Made by a program: the position numbers and the translations under genes. This document shows positions 20,016 through 30,464 of a stretch of DNA of 64,000 nucleotides, piece by piece; within the stretch, counting starts at the first letter, position 1; the number at the start of each line of letters is the position of its first letter. The notes below the pieces were generated by a model that was given only the letters and a program-made list of their open reading frames with translations, did not search any database and was not told the origin of the DNA. This stretch comes from Synechococcus sp. (lineage in GTDB: Bacteria > Cyanobacteriota > Cyanobacteriia > PCC-6307 > Cyanobiaceae): contig JBJBCN010000002.1 in NCBI GenBank assembly GCA_047285805.1, positions 736,001-800,000 of the forward strand. Reading direction: 5' to 3'.

Positions 20016-20318
20016 ATGCACGCGCTCTCCCTACCCACCTGGTGGATCCATGTAGCTTCCGTCCTGGAGTGGGTCCTCGCCATTCTGGCGATCCAGCGCT
20101 GGGGGACTCGGAGGGGAGAACCGGAATGGACCTGGCTCGCCCTTGCCATGGTTCCAGCGCTGATCAGCGCCATGGCGGCCTGCATCTGGCATCTCTTTGA
20201 TAACGCCGACGAGATCTACGGACTCGTGGTCCTACAGGCCGGATGCACCGTCTTGGGCAACGGGACCATGGCACTGGCGGCCTGGAACCTCCAGCGGAGG
20301 CGGAGTGAGCTCGGATGA
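20016..20318 (+). CDS. DUF2499 (Ycf49-like) protein
   Basis: MHALSLPTWWIHVASVLEW. Confidence 0.88.
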   Translation: MHALSLPTWWIHVASVLEWVLAILAIQRWGTRRGEPEWTWLALAMVPALISAMAACIWHLFDNADEIYGLVVLQAGCTVLGNGTMALAAWNLQRRRSELG

Positions 20319-20647
20319 GCAGGCTGATTCCGGCCATTAGTGAAGGGCTGCACGTTCTCGGCAACGTGGATCCCGCACCATTGTTTGCGGCGTCCCTCTT
20401 CCCCTACCTGGCGTTTCTGTGGTGGGCCTGGAGATCCAAGCGCTTTCCCCGCTTGGCCCTTTGGGGCTTTGGCTTCACCCTGGTCTTCGTCCTGATCACG
20501 ATTGCGGCAGCCATCCTTGCCGAAGAGATCTATGGCCAGCAGCTCGCGGATGTGGACCCGCTCCATGGCGGAGCCGAGCTGTTTTTAACCATCAGCAACG
20601 TGATGATCCTGCTTGGTTTTATGGACAAGGGGGTGAACAAGTCTTAA
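20315..20647 (+). CDS. DUF3593 protein
   Basis: SLFPYLAFL, LADVDPLHGGAE; usual partner of DUF2499. Confidence 0.85.
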   Translation: MSRLIPAISEGLHVLGNVDPAPLFAASLFPYLAFLWWAWRSKRFPRLALWGFGFTLVFVLITIAAAILAEEIYGQQLADVDPLHGGAELFLTISNVMILLGFMDKGVNKS

Positions 20648-20704
20648 GCGAGGGCGCCATTCGCGAGAGGCCCTCTGACAATCAGGTGTCACCCAAAGAA
20701 TTCG

Positions 20705-20962
20705 ATGCTCGCTCCTCTGCTGGCTATCGCCCCCGCCTCCGTGGCCTGGTCTCCCAAGGTGGGCCTGGTGATGATCATCGCCAACGTGATCGCCATCGGC
20801 ATCGGCAAGGCCACCATCAAGTACCCCAACGAGGGTGCCCAACTGCCCAACCCAGCGATGTTCGGTGGCATGAGCCACGCAGCACTGCTGGCAACCACCT
20901 CCTTCGGTCACATCCTCGGCATAGGCGCCATCCTGGGCCTGGCCGCCCGCGGCGTGGTCTGA
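20705..20962 (+). CDS. psaK: Photosystem I reaction center subunit PsaK
   Basis: WSPKVGLVMIIAN...LATTSFGHILGIGAILGL. Confidence 0.95.
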   Translation: MLAPLLAIAPASVAWSPKVGLVMIIANVIAIGIGKATIKYPNEGAQLPNPAMFGGMSHAALLATTSFGHILGIGAILGLAARGVV

Positions 20963-20990
20963 AGTCCTCCATCCCGGTCCGTCTCGCCGG

Positions 20991-21017
20991 AGCCCCCCTG
21001 GTTCAGGGGGGCTTTTT
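20991..21017 (+). terminator. Rho-independent terminator after psaK
   Basis: AGCCCCCCTG-GTT-CAGGGGGGCT hairpin followed by T-run. Confidence 0.85.
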
Positions 21018-21037
21018 GATTTGCGGGTACCAACGCC

Positions 21038-22249
21038 TCAGCGCAGACCGATCAGATAGGGAAGGGCCCGCAAGCCGTAGCGCTCAAAGCGGTACTCAAA
21101 CAACAGCTGCGACATGGCTTCAGCGCTGGCGGTGGCTTCGAGGCCAGCCATTAATCGTTCGAGTCGCCCATCGGCCCGTTCATCCGACAGCCCCAACCAG
21201 GTGCGCTTGGCGAGGCGGCCGCTTAAGGACCACCGCCAACCAAGTCGCCCGCGCAAACGCTTCGGGTAGGAAACCAGAGCCCTGGGCCGGCCCGCCAGGG
21301 CGTCCAGCAGAAGAGGGGCCAACACATCCGCACTAGCCAAGGCATGGCGAATCCCCTCCCCACCGAGAAGATTTCCTGTGCTCACGGCGTCTCCCAAGCC
21401 CAACAGAGAACCCCGTTGGTGGCATTCACGTCGGCAGATCGTGCTGCGAATCAGACCACCATGGCGATCGAGAACCGCCTCGGGCATGAGCTCTAGCCGC
21501 TGAAGCAGGGCTTGCTGAAGCTGATGCAGTGGGGGTTGAAGGCGGGTGCCGTCTTGCAACCGACAGACGCCCAGCTTCAATAGGCCGGGTTGCATCGGAA
21601 AGACCCAGCCATAGCCCTGGGGCACCCAGCGACTGCCCAACATGAAACTCAGTCGGCCGGACCAGTCCTGCCACTGGTCGGGGGAGACCCTGAGCAACCA
21701 CTCCACGCCGGAACCGCTGATCAATGGCCCCTGGGCCGGGTCCGGATCGCCCAACAACGCGCGCTTTTCACCGGTGGCATCCACCACAAAGCGACTAGTC
21801 ACGCTGGCCGTCCGTCCGCCACGCCCACGCAGCTCCGTTCGAGCCAGACCTTTGGCCAGGGTTTGGGTGAAACAGACCCGCCACCCCAGACGCAACTCCG
21901 CACCAAGGGCGCAAGCTTCATCGGCCAACCAGCGGCGCAACGCCGCAAAGTCCAAGACAACCCCGAGGGGGCCAGCGGCGGACCAGTGCCGCTGACGTTC
22001 TCCCGGTCCCAACAGCTGCCACTGGTCCCAACGGGCAGCAATCACCCGCTCGGGCAGCCGCCATCGATGGACTGCACTCAGGGGAAGGGCCGCACTGCTG
22101 AAGGCGTTCTCAGAGAAATCCGGAAGCGCGTCGACGACGAGAACCGAAGCCCCTGCCTCAGCGAGCTGTTGAGCCAAGCGGGACCCGGCGGGACCGGCCC
22201 CCGCGATCAGCACATCCCAGACTGCTTGATCAGGGATCGACTCAGACAC
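21038..22249 (-). CDS. FAD-dependent oxidoreductase (geranylgeranyl reductase-like family)
   Basis: GAGPAG, VDATG, GYGWVFP, GDA...GEGI motifs. Confidence 0.88.
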   Translation of the reverse strand: MSESIPDQAVWDVLIAGAGPAGSRLAQQLAEAGASVLVVDALPDFSENAFSSAALPLSAVHRWRLPERVIAARWDQWQLLGPGERQRHWSAAGPLGVVLDFAALRRWLADEACALGAELRLGWRVCFTQTLAKGLARTELRGRGGRTASVTSRFVVDATGEKRALLGDPDPAQGPLISGSGVEWLLRVSPDQWQDWSGRLSFMLGSRWVPQGYGWVFPMQPGLLKLGVCRLQDGTRLQPPLHQLQQALLQRLELMPEAVLDRHGGLIRSTICRRECHQRGSLLGLGDAVSTGNLLGGEGIRHALASADVLAPLLLDALAGRPRALVSYPKRLRGRLGWRWSLSGRLAKRTWLGLSDERADGRLERLMAGLEATASAEAMSQLLFEYRFERYGLRALPYLIGLR

Positions 22250-24149
22250 CCACAGCCTGACGCTTCAAGGTGCCGAAGCGATTCAGGATGGACTCGCTCA
22301 TTTGAGCTGGGGTGAGCCCCAGGGCCTGCTTGCTTTGGGCCGGGGTGGCGTGATCGACGAGAACGTCGGGAATGCCAATCCGATGCACCGGCACCAGGAC
22401 GTCCTGGTCGTTGAGGATTTCCACGACGGCGGCACCAAAGCCACCGGCTAGACAGCCCTCTTCCATGGTGACGACCTTGCCGATTCGTCTGGCCATGGGA
22501 AGAATCAGCGCTTCATCGAGGGGACGAAGGAAGCGAGCGTTGATCACGGCGGCGCGGACGCCTTGCTCCTGCAGCAAGCCAGCGGTGGCCATGGCGGGTG
22601 CCACCATCGATCCATAGGCCACGATCAGGAGGTCGTCGCCATCGGTCAGCAGTTCACCGCGACCGATTTCGAGGGGCTCCCAACCCTCTTCCATCAGTGG
22701 AGCCCCCTCGCCTTCACCGCGGGGAATGCGTAGGGCGGTCGGACCGTCGTGGTTGAGGCAGGTCACCATCATTCTCTGGAGCTCAGCTTCATCCTTGGGT
22801 GCCATCACCGTGAAGTTGGGGACGCAGCGTAAATAGGTAATGTCGTACTGGCCCTGGTGGGTCGGCCCATCGGCGCCGACGATGCCAGCGCGGTCCAACA
22901 CGAAGGTGACCGGCAGGTTCTGAATACCAACGTCATGGATCAGTTGGTCGTAGGCGCGTTGCAGGAAAGTGCTGTAGATCGCACAGACCGGACGGAGACC
23001 TTCGCAGGCCATGCCCGCAGCCATCGTCACCGCGTGCTGTTCAGCGATGCCGACGTCGAAATACTGCTGGGGACGCGCCTTCTCGAGCAAGTCCAGACCG
23101 GTGCCGGTGGCCATGGCCGCCGTAATGCCCACCACCCGGGGGTCCTGTTCGCAGAGCTTGACAAGGGTCTGGCCAAAAACCTTGCTGTAGCTGGGGGGCT
23201 TTGGCTTGCTTGAGGGATAGGCCTTGCCGGTGGCGAGATCGAAGGCGCTCTGGGCGTGGTAGCCCACTTGATCTTCTTCGGCGAAGGCATAGCCCTTGCC
23301 CTTGGTCGTGGCCACATGAACAAGAACCGGGCCCTCATGGGCGTGGGCCTGCTCGAACACATCGATCAAACCGCCGATGTCATGGCCATCTACCGGCCCC
23401 ATGTAGGTGAAGCCCAGCTCCTCAAACACCGCTCCCAACTTGGGAACGGCAAGCCGCTTCATGCTCTCTTTGAGGTTCTTGAGTTCGGGAGGGAGCTCGC
23501 CGTGCATGAACGGCAGATGCTTGATCGCTTCCTCGGCGTTGTCCTGAAGAAACTGAAGCGGTCGGCTGTGCCGCATCCGGTTCAGATGGGTGGACAGGGC
23601 TCCGACCGGGGGGCTGATCGACATGTCGTTGTCGTTCAGAACCACCAATAGGCGGGTCTTGGGCAGGTGACCGGCGTGGTTGATGGCCTCAAGGGCCATA
23701 CCACCGGTAAGTGAGCCATCGCCAATGACGGCAACGCTCTTGAAGTCCTCGCCGCGCTGGTCCCGGGCCAGGGCCATGCCGAGGGCCGCCGAAATAGAGG
23801 TGCTGGCATGGCCAGCACCGAAGTGGTCGAAGGGGCTCTCGCAGCGCTTCAGATAACCCGCGACGCCGTTCTTCTGGCGCAGGGTGTGGAAGTCGTTGTA
23901 GCGACCGGTGATCAGCTTGTGGGGGTAGGCCTGGTGGCCCACGTCCCAAACGACCCGATCCTTGTCGAGGTCGAGGGTTTGATAGAGGGCGAGGGTGAGC
24001 TCCACCACCCCCAGGCCTGGGCCAAGGTGGCCACCACTCGTGCTCACCACTTCCAGGTGACGCTCGCGGATTTGGCGGGCAATGCCTTCAAGCTCAGCGA
24101 CGCTGAGGCCATGCAGCTGATTGGGATGCGTCAGCTCGCTGAGATGCAT
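22242..24149 (-). CDS. dxs: 1-deoxy-D-xylulose-5-phosphate synthase
   Basis: [32 protein letters not shown]...DGPTH. Confidence 0.97.
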   Translation of the reverse strand: MHLSELTHPNQLHGLSVAELEGIARQIRERHLEVVSTSGGHLGPGLGVVELTLALYQTLDLDKDRVVWDVGHQAYPHKLITGRYNDFHTLRQKNGVAGYLKRCESPFDHFGAGHASTSISAALGMALARDQRGEDFKSVAVIGDGSLTGGMALEAINHAGHLPKTRLLVVLNDNDMSISPPVGALSTHLNRMRHSRPLQFLQDNAEEAIKHLPFMHGELPPELKNLKESMKRLAVPKLGAVFEELGFTYMGPVDGHDIGGLIDVFEQAHAHEGPVLVHVATTKGKGYAFAEEDQVGYHAQSAFDLATGKAYPSSKPKPPSYSKVFGQTLVKLCEQDPRVVGITAAMATGTGLDLLEKARPQQYFDVGIAEQHAVTMAAGMACEGLRPVCAIYSTFLQRAYDQLIHDVGIQNLPVTFVLDRAGIVGADGPTHQGQYDITYLRCVPNFTVMAPKDEAELQRMMVTCLNHDGPTALRIPRGEGEGAPLMEEGWEPLEIGRGELLTDGDDLLIVAYGSMVAPAMATAGLLQEQGVRAAVINARFLRPLDEALILPMARRIGKVVTMEEGCLAGGFGAAVVEILNDQDVLVPVHRIGIPDVLVDHATPAQSKQALGLTPAQMSESILNRFGTLKRQAVGV

Positions 24150-24267
24150 GCCTGGGGCCAAGATTGTGGTTCAGCCTACGCGCAGCAGGACATCATCTGG
24201 GGCGAATTCGATACCCCCCTAGACCGATGTCTGGGGCTTGCGACACTGGTGTGATCTTCCGATAGCG

Positions 24268-25860
24268 ATGACAGCCACCGGCTCTGCCCTGAACTCCAGC
24301 TCCGGCATGGAGATGCTGCAGCGAATCCTGCGAGCCAGGGTCTACGACGTGGCCATTGAATCGCCGCTCGATACCGCTCCGAACCTGTCGCGGCGCCTGA
24401 AGAACAACGTCCTTTTGAAGCGCGAGGACCTGCAGCCGGTCTTCAGCTTCAAGCTCCGGGGTGCCTACAACAAAATGGTTGGCCTCAGCCCGTCTGAGTT
24501 GGAACGGGGCGTTATCGCCGCCAGCGCCGGCAACCATGCACAAGGGGTGGCGCTCGGGGCCCAGCGACTCGGTTGCCGGGCGGTGATCGTCATGCCGGTG
24601 ACCACACCGGAGATGAAGGTCCGGGCCGTGGCGTCCCGCGGTGCAGAAGTCGTGTTGGAAGGCGACACCTACGACGCCGCCTGCGCTGAGGCCTATCGGC
24701 TAGCCGACGAACGCGGCCTGACCTTTATCCACCCCTTCGATGACCCGGAGGTGATCGCCGGCCAGGGAACCATCGGCCTCGAAATCCTCAGGCAATGCTC
24801 CGAACCCCCCGACGCCATCTACATCGCCGTTGGTGGTGGAGGCCTCATCGCGGGTGTGGGCGCCTACGTCAAGACCCTCTGGCCCAACGTTGAAGTGATA
24901 GGCGTTGAACCGGTTGATGCGGATGCGATGACCCGCTCGCTGGCCCTGGGTGAACGGGTGAAGCTGGAGCAGGTGGGACTCTTTGCGGACGGTGTCGCGG
25001 TGCGCGAAGTCGGAGTGCAGACCTTTGCACTGGCTCGCGAGGTCGTTGACGCGATGGTCACCGTCGACAACGACGCCATCTGCGCCGCCATTAAGGATGT
25101 TTTTGAGGACACCCGCTCCATCCTTGAACCGGCTGGCGCTCTCGCGGTGGCAGGCATGAAAGCTGACATCGCTCGACGAACACTTGAGGGGAAGACCCTG
25201 GTGGCCGTGGCCTGCGGGGCCAACATGAACTTTGATCGCCTGCGCTTCGTCGCCGAACGCACGGAGATCAGCGAGGACCGCGAAGCGATGTTGGCGGTGG
25301 AGATCCCCGAGCAAGCTGGGAGCCTCCGCCAGTTCTGCACCCTGCTGGGGCAGCGGAGCTTGACTGAATTCAGTTACCGGCTCGCCGACCCCTGCCGCGC
25401 CCACATCTTCGTGGGGGTCCAGACCAGTGGCAGCTCCGACGAGGAAGCGCTGATCCACAGCCTGAGGGATGCCGGGTTCCCGTGCCTGGACCTCTCGAAC
25501 GACGAGCTTTCGAAGCTGCACCTGCGTCACATGGTCGGAGGACGGCTTCAGGGCAGTACCGGTGAGGCCACCGGCCACGGCCGGGAACTGCTCTATCGCT
25601 TCGAGTTCCCCGAGCGGCCAGGAGCCCTAATGCGATTCCTGACCAGCCTGCACCCGAACTGGAACATCAGCATCTTCCACTACCGAAACCATGGGGCAGA
25701 TGTCGGCCGGATTGTCGTGGGCGTACAGGTCCCAGCGGCGGAAATGAACGATTGGCAGGGCTTCCTGGATAGCCTCGGTTACCAGTACGCCGATGAAACC
25801 GACAACCCGGCCTATCGCCTCTTCCTTGGAGAGCTGGCCGGCAGCCTGAGCGTGGGATAA
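24268..25860 (+). CDS. ilvA: Threonine ammonia-lyase, biosynthetic
   Basis: KREDLQPVFSFKLRGA, ASAGNHAQG, two ACT-like regulatory domains. Confidence 0.96.
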   Translation: MTATGSALNSSSGMEMLQRILRARVYDVAIESPLDTAPNLSRRLKNNVLLKREDLQPVFSFKLRGAYNKMVGLSPSELERGVIAASAGNHAQGVALGAQRLGCRAVIVMPVTTPEMKVRAVASRGAEVVLEGDTYDAACAEAYRLADERGLTFIHPFDDPEVIAGQGTIGLEILRQCSEPPDAIYIAVGGGGLIAGVGAYVKTLWPNVEVIGVEPVDADAMTRSLALGERVKLEQVGLFADGVAVREVGVQTFALAREVVDAMVTVDNDAICAAIKDVFEDTRSILEPAGALAVAGMKADIARRTLEGKTLVAVACGANMNFDRLRFVAERTEISEDREAMLAVEIPEQAGSLRQFCTLLGQRSLTEFSYRLADPCRAHIFVGVQTSGSSDEEALIHSLRDAGFPCLDLSNDELSKLHLRHMVGGRLQGSTGEATGHGRELLYRFEFPERPGALMRFLTSLHPNWNISIFHYRNHGADVGRIVVGVQVPAAEMNDWQGFLDSLGYQYADETDNPAYRLFLGELAGSLSVG

Positions 25861-25891
25861 CTTGCAAACAACGCGCTTTTCGGCACGGGGT

Positions 25892-26527
25892 ATGACAGGC
25901 GAAACCGAGAAGCCGACCCCTACGGACTCCGAGGCGATCGCGCTTCAACCAGCAAACAGCTCGCTCTCTCTCCCCGCACGGCTGGAGGCGATTCTTTATC
26001 TTAAAGGTCGAGCCATGACTAAAGGGGAATTAGCGGAGATATCGGGAGCCAGCCGTGACGAAGTCGAGGTGGGGCTCATCACCTTGATGGCCGACTACGC
26101 CCACCGGGACACGGCGCTGGAGATCCGACAGGAAAGCAAGCGCTATAGCCTGCAATTGCGGGATGGACTGGGGGACCTCGTTCAAAACTTGTTGCCCGTG
26201 GATCTCTCGACGGCGGCCCTGCGCACCCTGGCCACGATCGCGATCAAAAAGCGGATCTTGCAGTCCGATCTGGTCGATCTACGCGGTTCAGGGGCCTACG
26301 ACCACATCAAGGAACTGCTGGCCCAGAACTTCATTGAGCGCAAACGCCAAAGCGAAGGCCGTTCGTTTTGGTTGAGCCTCAGCGAGAAGTTTCATCGGAC
26401 CTTCTCGGTTAAAACCGATGAACTGGTTGCTCAGCGCAAAGCGGTCAAATCTGTTGCCGCTGCTGAGCCCGTCGAGGTCAATCGGGCCAGCGACGTCAGT
26501 GATGAGGAGTGGGAGCTTGCCGCCTAG
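25892..26527 (+). CDS. scpB: SMC-Scp complex subunit ScpB
   Basis: LEAILY, LSTAALRTLATIA, LRGSGAYDHIKEL. Confidence 0.9.
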   Translation: MTGETEKPTPTDSEAIALQPANSSLSLPARLEAILYLKGRAMTKGELAEISGASRDEVEVGLITLMADYAHRDTALEIRQESKRYSLQLRDGLGDLVQNLLPVDLSTAALRTLATIAIKKRILQSDLVDLRGSGAYDHIKELLAQNFIERKRQSEGRSFWLSLSEKFHRTFSVKTDELVAQRKAVKSVAAAEPVEVNRASDVSDEEWELAA

Positions 26528-26569
26528 GCCGCTCCCACTCCATAGAGTGATCCCAACGCAGCTGTAGCC

Positions 26570-26857
26570 ATGTCCATCCTCGGCGACCTGATCGGCGTCC
26601 TGATCCAGACGCTCTCGATCTACACGCTGGTGTTGTTCGTTCGGGTGCTGCTCAGCTGGTTCCCCAATCTGGATTGGGGCAACCCTGTTCTCTCCACGGT
26701 TAGCGCCATCACCGATCCGTACCTGAATGTCTTCCGGGGACTCATCCCACCCCTGGGCGGCCTGGATCTCTCCGCAATCGTCGCTTTCCTAGCCCTGCAA
26801 CTCCTGCAGGGTCTGCTCGAGCAAAGTCGCGGCTACTTCTACCCCGCGTTTTTCTAG
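26570..26857 (+). CDS. YggT family membrane protein
   Basis: VLLSWFP, TDPYL, IPPLGGLDLS. Confidence 0.92.
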   Translation: MSILGDLIGVLIQTLSIYTLVLFVRVLLSWFPNLDWGNPVLSTVSAITDPYLNVFRGLIPPLGGLDLSAIVAFLALQLLQGLLEQSRGYFYPAFF

Positions 26858-26872
26858 GCCGGATAGGCTTCG

Positions 26873-26902
26873 GCGACGACTTGCTCCAAGGGAAGCAGGT
26901 CA
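26873..26902. repeat. att-like direct repeat, left copy
   Basis: GCGACGACTTGCTCCAAGGGAAGCAGGTCA. Confidence 0.85.
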
Positions 26903-27025
26903 GACGTCAGAAGCATTGAACAACAGGGTTCTCAGCGAGCTCATCGGGCTCCGGATCAAATCTGGGTGAAATCAGCATGCTTCGCCCTTGAGGTTGATTA
27001 AGCAGCCCGGCCGAGAAAACAGAGC

Positions 27026-27355
27026 TCAACCTTCACGATGAGCCACTGGACAGGCCTGAGAGGCCCTTACCGGGGCCTTGCGTGGGCGATGCGCCTCAGA
27101 GGAAGCAAGCGGCAGCTCGCCGTGCCCCTTGCGCACGATTCCGGTCACGAGATTGGGGTTCACGGTGCGCACAACCCCGCTGTCCACGTCCGTGATCTGA
27201 AAGAAGGAGTTGGCGCTGCACCTTGCACCGCCTTCGCAGTGGATGACCTGACCGACCCACCAGCCGCCTTCATGCGGCTCAACCAGCACCGCGTCGCCGA
27301 CGCCGACCTGCAGAAAGACCGGTTCAAGAGAAGAGCTGCCGGTGATTGCCGCCAT
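27026..27355 (-). CDS. DUF3104 family protein
   Basis: PVFLQVGVGDAVLV, WWVGQVIHCEGGAR, FQITDVDSGVVRTVN. Confidence 0.8.
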   Translation of the reverse strand: MAAITGSSSLEPVFLQVGVGDAVLVEPHEGGWWVGQVIHCEGGARCSANSFFQITDVDSGVVRTVNPNLVTGIVRKGHGELPLASSEAHRPRKAPVRASQACPVAHREG

Positions 27356-27486
27356 AGAACCCCTGAATAGTACGCAAGTTCTATCAGGGATCATGCCTAT
27401 GGCAATAGGAAAATTGGCTCATTCCAGGAGCGTGGCCAGCGCATGTGGACATGACCGTTGGCTGCCACGCATAAGCAATCGGGAAG

Positions 27487-27759
27487 TTGCCTAAAAACGA
27501 ATCAGCAGCTCGGATGATGTGTCAGAGCGAACACCCAGAAGTAAATGTGAATCGGTATCAAGGGTTGCCATTTACAGCAGCCTTTCCAGTGCAGTTCCAG
27601 TACCGAGGCGTTACGCACCCCAACATCAAGACCATCTCCGTTGAACAGAAGGAATGCGTCTATCGCGGCGTTTCTTATGTCCGCACCTTCGATGCCGAAA
27701 GCAAGGTCGTGGATTTGACAGCTAGTAAGGATGCAACCGACGAAGCACTGGCTGCCTGA
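27487..27759 (+). CDS. Small protein with tandem YRGV motifs (DUF4278-like)
   Basis: FQYRGVTH and CVYRGVSY; true start probably downstream. Confidence 0.6.
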   Translation: MPKNESAARMMCQSEHPEVNVNRYQGLPFTAAFPVQFQYRGVTHPNIKTISVEQKECVYRGVSYVRTFDAESKVVDLTASKDATDEALAA

Positions 27760-27870
27760 GCCTCATCGCTCACATTGCGCTTCCGGCCCCGCTTAAGCGT
27801 TTTTTTGTTGGGCTTGCACTGACGGCAGCATCAAGGCCATAACCGCCAAGGACACGGTGGTCGTCACCCT

Positions 27871-27963
27871 GTGATCCGAAAGGGGGCTACTTCTCACACC
27901 AGCCCCCACCCCATCACCCCCGCTCCAGGGCTGGTGGGGCTGTTGCCTGATTTCGCAGGCTTT
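27871..27963. ncRNA. Candidate structured ncRNA
   Basis: ACTTCTCACAC tract, then long CAGCCCC..ACC/GGTGGGGCTG stem and GCCTG/CAGGC hairpin with TTT. Confidence 0.4.
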
Positions 27964-28216
27964 GCGATAACGCCAGAGGACGAGACGTGAACTCCTCGAT
28001 CTGTGTGGCGGCGGCTGGGTGGCCCCAGTCGCCAACAACACCCTTCCGGGGCTTCTCTTTTGAAGCCGGAGAGGCTTTTGGGCACTACACCAGGGCGTGA
28101 CGGTCAGAACCCGTTGCAAACGGTGCTTGGCATTAGCCCATCGCCGAGGGCGCAGCCAGTCACGCGCGCTGCATCGACGAGATCAGGCAGCAGTGCGCTG
28201 ATGAGGGGCTGGAGCC

Positions 28217-29396
28217 TTAGGGGGTTTGCAGCACTGCTTGGACTTTGCTCAGCAGATTTGGCATATCAAGCCGGCGCCCATACTGCTGAATGTGGGTTGG
28301 GGTGAGTGGCCGCAAAGTGCTGCGGCCTCTCTGTAGTTTAGGCCAATCTCCACGCAGCGAAGGGCGAACGCATGGCGCTGAATACGCCGAAAGCTCAGGA
28401 GACAGAGATGGTTCGTATGTCTTTCGAGCCCGACGTAGCTGCTGGCTCATGGCCTTACCAGGCGTCTTGCTCTGAGCCAAAGCTGGACGGCCATATTTTT
28501 CCCATCGATACAGGAGGTCGTTGCAGTCCAACCCTGGTGGCGGAACAGCGGAAATCAATCGAAAATCCTTATTGCCGTACATAGTCGACCTGGGCCGCTT
28601 CATCTCGGCGGGAACATGACCGTCTCTCAGTTGAAGCGTGGTGAAGGCCAACTCCGCAGGCCTCAGCCCAAAGACAAACAAGAGATCCCAGCCGACCAGA
28701 TCAGATAGCGTCAGGCGGCTGCGCTGGAACATCGCCCTGGTCTGCGCGATTTCATAGTTGGTGAAGGCCCGGGCACCATCAATCGGATTGGCAGCATTGC
28801 CGTCACCGCGAAGGTCTGAGATGACCTCGGGCCAGTCCCACCCTGCAAATTTCCAGAGCCGGCGGTACCGGTCATGGGCTAATTGACGAGCCTTAGTGTC
28901 TGGATCCCACCGCCTCAGTGCAGCAAATAGCAGCTTCACCTCAGAGGGCCAGGCTTTTTCGGGGGCACATATAAGACGCGCAACGTAGGGCTGGTTCGCG
29001 ACCTTCCACGTCCGCTCGATCATTTTTCCCCCATCAGGGAGACGCGGAGGTGCTCGACCAGCTGGGCGAGGTTTGCTGCGCCAAGCCGCTGGGGATCGTT
29101 AGCCAGGGCGAGGCAATCAGGCCAAAGGAACAAACTCGCCTAGGACCTCGTCGTAGATCTTGCACGCCTCAGCAAGCGCAGCTACTGACGTAGAGGGGCC
29201 AGGATCGGTCCTGAGAGTGATGGCCCTTCGCTTTGGAGCCTCACCCATCTCTTCACCTGGGCGTAAAGGGAGTTCTGCGCTGACGACGCGCAGGCGATCG
29301 TTTTTGCACCTCGATGTTCCAGCCAGGACGGCCGCCTCGATGGAGCTTGAAGCCCTAGCTCAGGTCACTAATCCAGGCGGGGCGATCCTTGGCCAT
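28217..29396 (-). pseudogene. Tyrosine recombinase/integrase, disrupted
   Basis: ATG 29396 (MAKDRPAW), TAG at 29355-29357 and further shifts; box I FGLRPAEL; box II RHAFALR...GHSP in a shifted frame; QQYG. Confidence 0.85.
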
Positions 29397-29545
29397 TCAC
29401 CTGGGGGGAAATCTGGTTGAAACTTTGCCCCACGCTGATGTAACCACAAGGATTCTGACGGGTCTCGACGTTTGAGACAGATCCGCCTAGAGGCTTGTAA
29501 TTACTGACTCAGAAGCCCAGACAGCAACTGGGATCTGCATTTTCG

Positions 29546-30055
29546 TCAGCCAGGAATTTCATCTGCGACGGCCTGCTCCAAGGGGAGCAGGTCATCAAAC
29601 TCCCCAGCCCGGGTTCGAACAGGGGCGCTGAACCCCCGTGCTTTCACGTTGGAAAAGGTGAACGGACCCGGTGTGCCCGCGGGGACGGCCAGACGCAACG
29701 CGAACGTTGAGGTGCCCTGTTCCACGTCACCAATCGAGCCGACCCGCGCCCGGTTCTGCAACACCGGCTCGCCACTGGCATCGAGAATTTGGGCAAAGAC
29801 GTCGATGTCGAAGATCGTCTTGCGTCCGGGATTTTCAACGCTGCCCCGCAGCACAAAACAGCTGGCGCCACTGGGGCGCTTCAGCTGGGGTTGCGCCCCA
29901 ATGTCCTCCGCCGGACAGGGATCGAGGCTGACGTCGTGAACCGTCAGACCAGCGGCCCAGGCACCGGGCGCAGAGCCCAGAAGCACAACCAGCGACAGGA
30001 CCAGGGCGGCCAGGGCACGGCCGACACCGTTTAAAAGCGCTCTACGCGTCTGCAT
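29546..30055 (-). CDS. Conserved hypothetical exported protein (islet target gene)
   Basis: Signal peptide ending AWA; 169 aa; its 3' end contains the att repeat. Confidence 0.8.
   Translation of the reverse strand: MQTRRALLNGVGRALAALVLSLVVLLGSAPGAWAAGLTVHDVSLDPCPAEDIGAQPQLKRPSGASCFVLRGSVENPGRKTIFDIDVFAQILDASGEPVLQNRARVGSIGDVEQGTSTFALRLAVPAGTPGPFTFSNVKARGFSAPVRTRAGEFDDLLPLEQAVADEIPG
29565..29594. repeat. att-like direct repeat, right copy
   Basis: GCGACGGCCTGCTCCAAGGGGAGCAGGTCA. Confidence 0.85.
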
Positions 30056-30074
30056 CAGGCCATGCTCCAGCTCT

Positions 30075-30404
30075 TCAGCGGTGGTCGCCGCTGCCAGAGA
30101 TCACGTTACGGGCGACGCGACTGGCCAGTTTGTCCAGATTCGCCTGGGCCACCTCATCCAGGCTGAAGTCCAATTCGCTGGCGAGCTGCGCGACGTACCA
30201 GAGGACATCGCCCAGCTCCAACTTCAGGCTCGCGCGCACCTCAGTGGAGAATTCGCCGCCGGAATCTCGGAGAACCTTTTTGACCTTGTCCGCGACTTCG
30301 CCGGACTCGCCACAAAGCCCCAGGGTCGGGTAGATCGGGTTGGCGCCGACGTTGGGATAGCGCGCTGTCTGCCTGGCACCGTGCTGATAGGCGTTGAGAT
30401 CCAT
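30075..30404 (-). CDS. MazG-like nucleoside triphosphate pyrophosphohydrolase
   Basis: LGLCGESGEVADKVKK, ELGDVLWY, NLDKL. Confidence 0.9.
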   Translation of the reverse strand: MDLNAYQHGARQTARYPNVGANPIYPTLGLCGESGEVADKVKKVLRDSGGEFSTEVRASLKLELGDVLWYVAQLASELDFSLDEVAQANLDKLASRVARNVISGSGDHR

Positions 30405-30464
30405 TGGTACGACTGCGCTGGAGGGCCTCGATGATAGTGTCGTGCCTCCCCTTTGGCGCCCCGA

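Larger units (their letters stand above)
26873..29594. mobile_element. Degenerate integrative islet inserted in the 3' end of the gene at 29546-30055
   Basis: Flanking 27/30 bp direct repeat, decayed tyrosine integrase next to one end, shared AAATCTGGKTGAAA motif near both ends. Confidence 0.8.
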
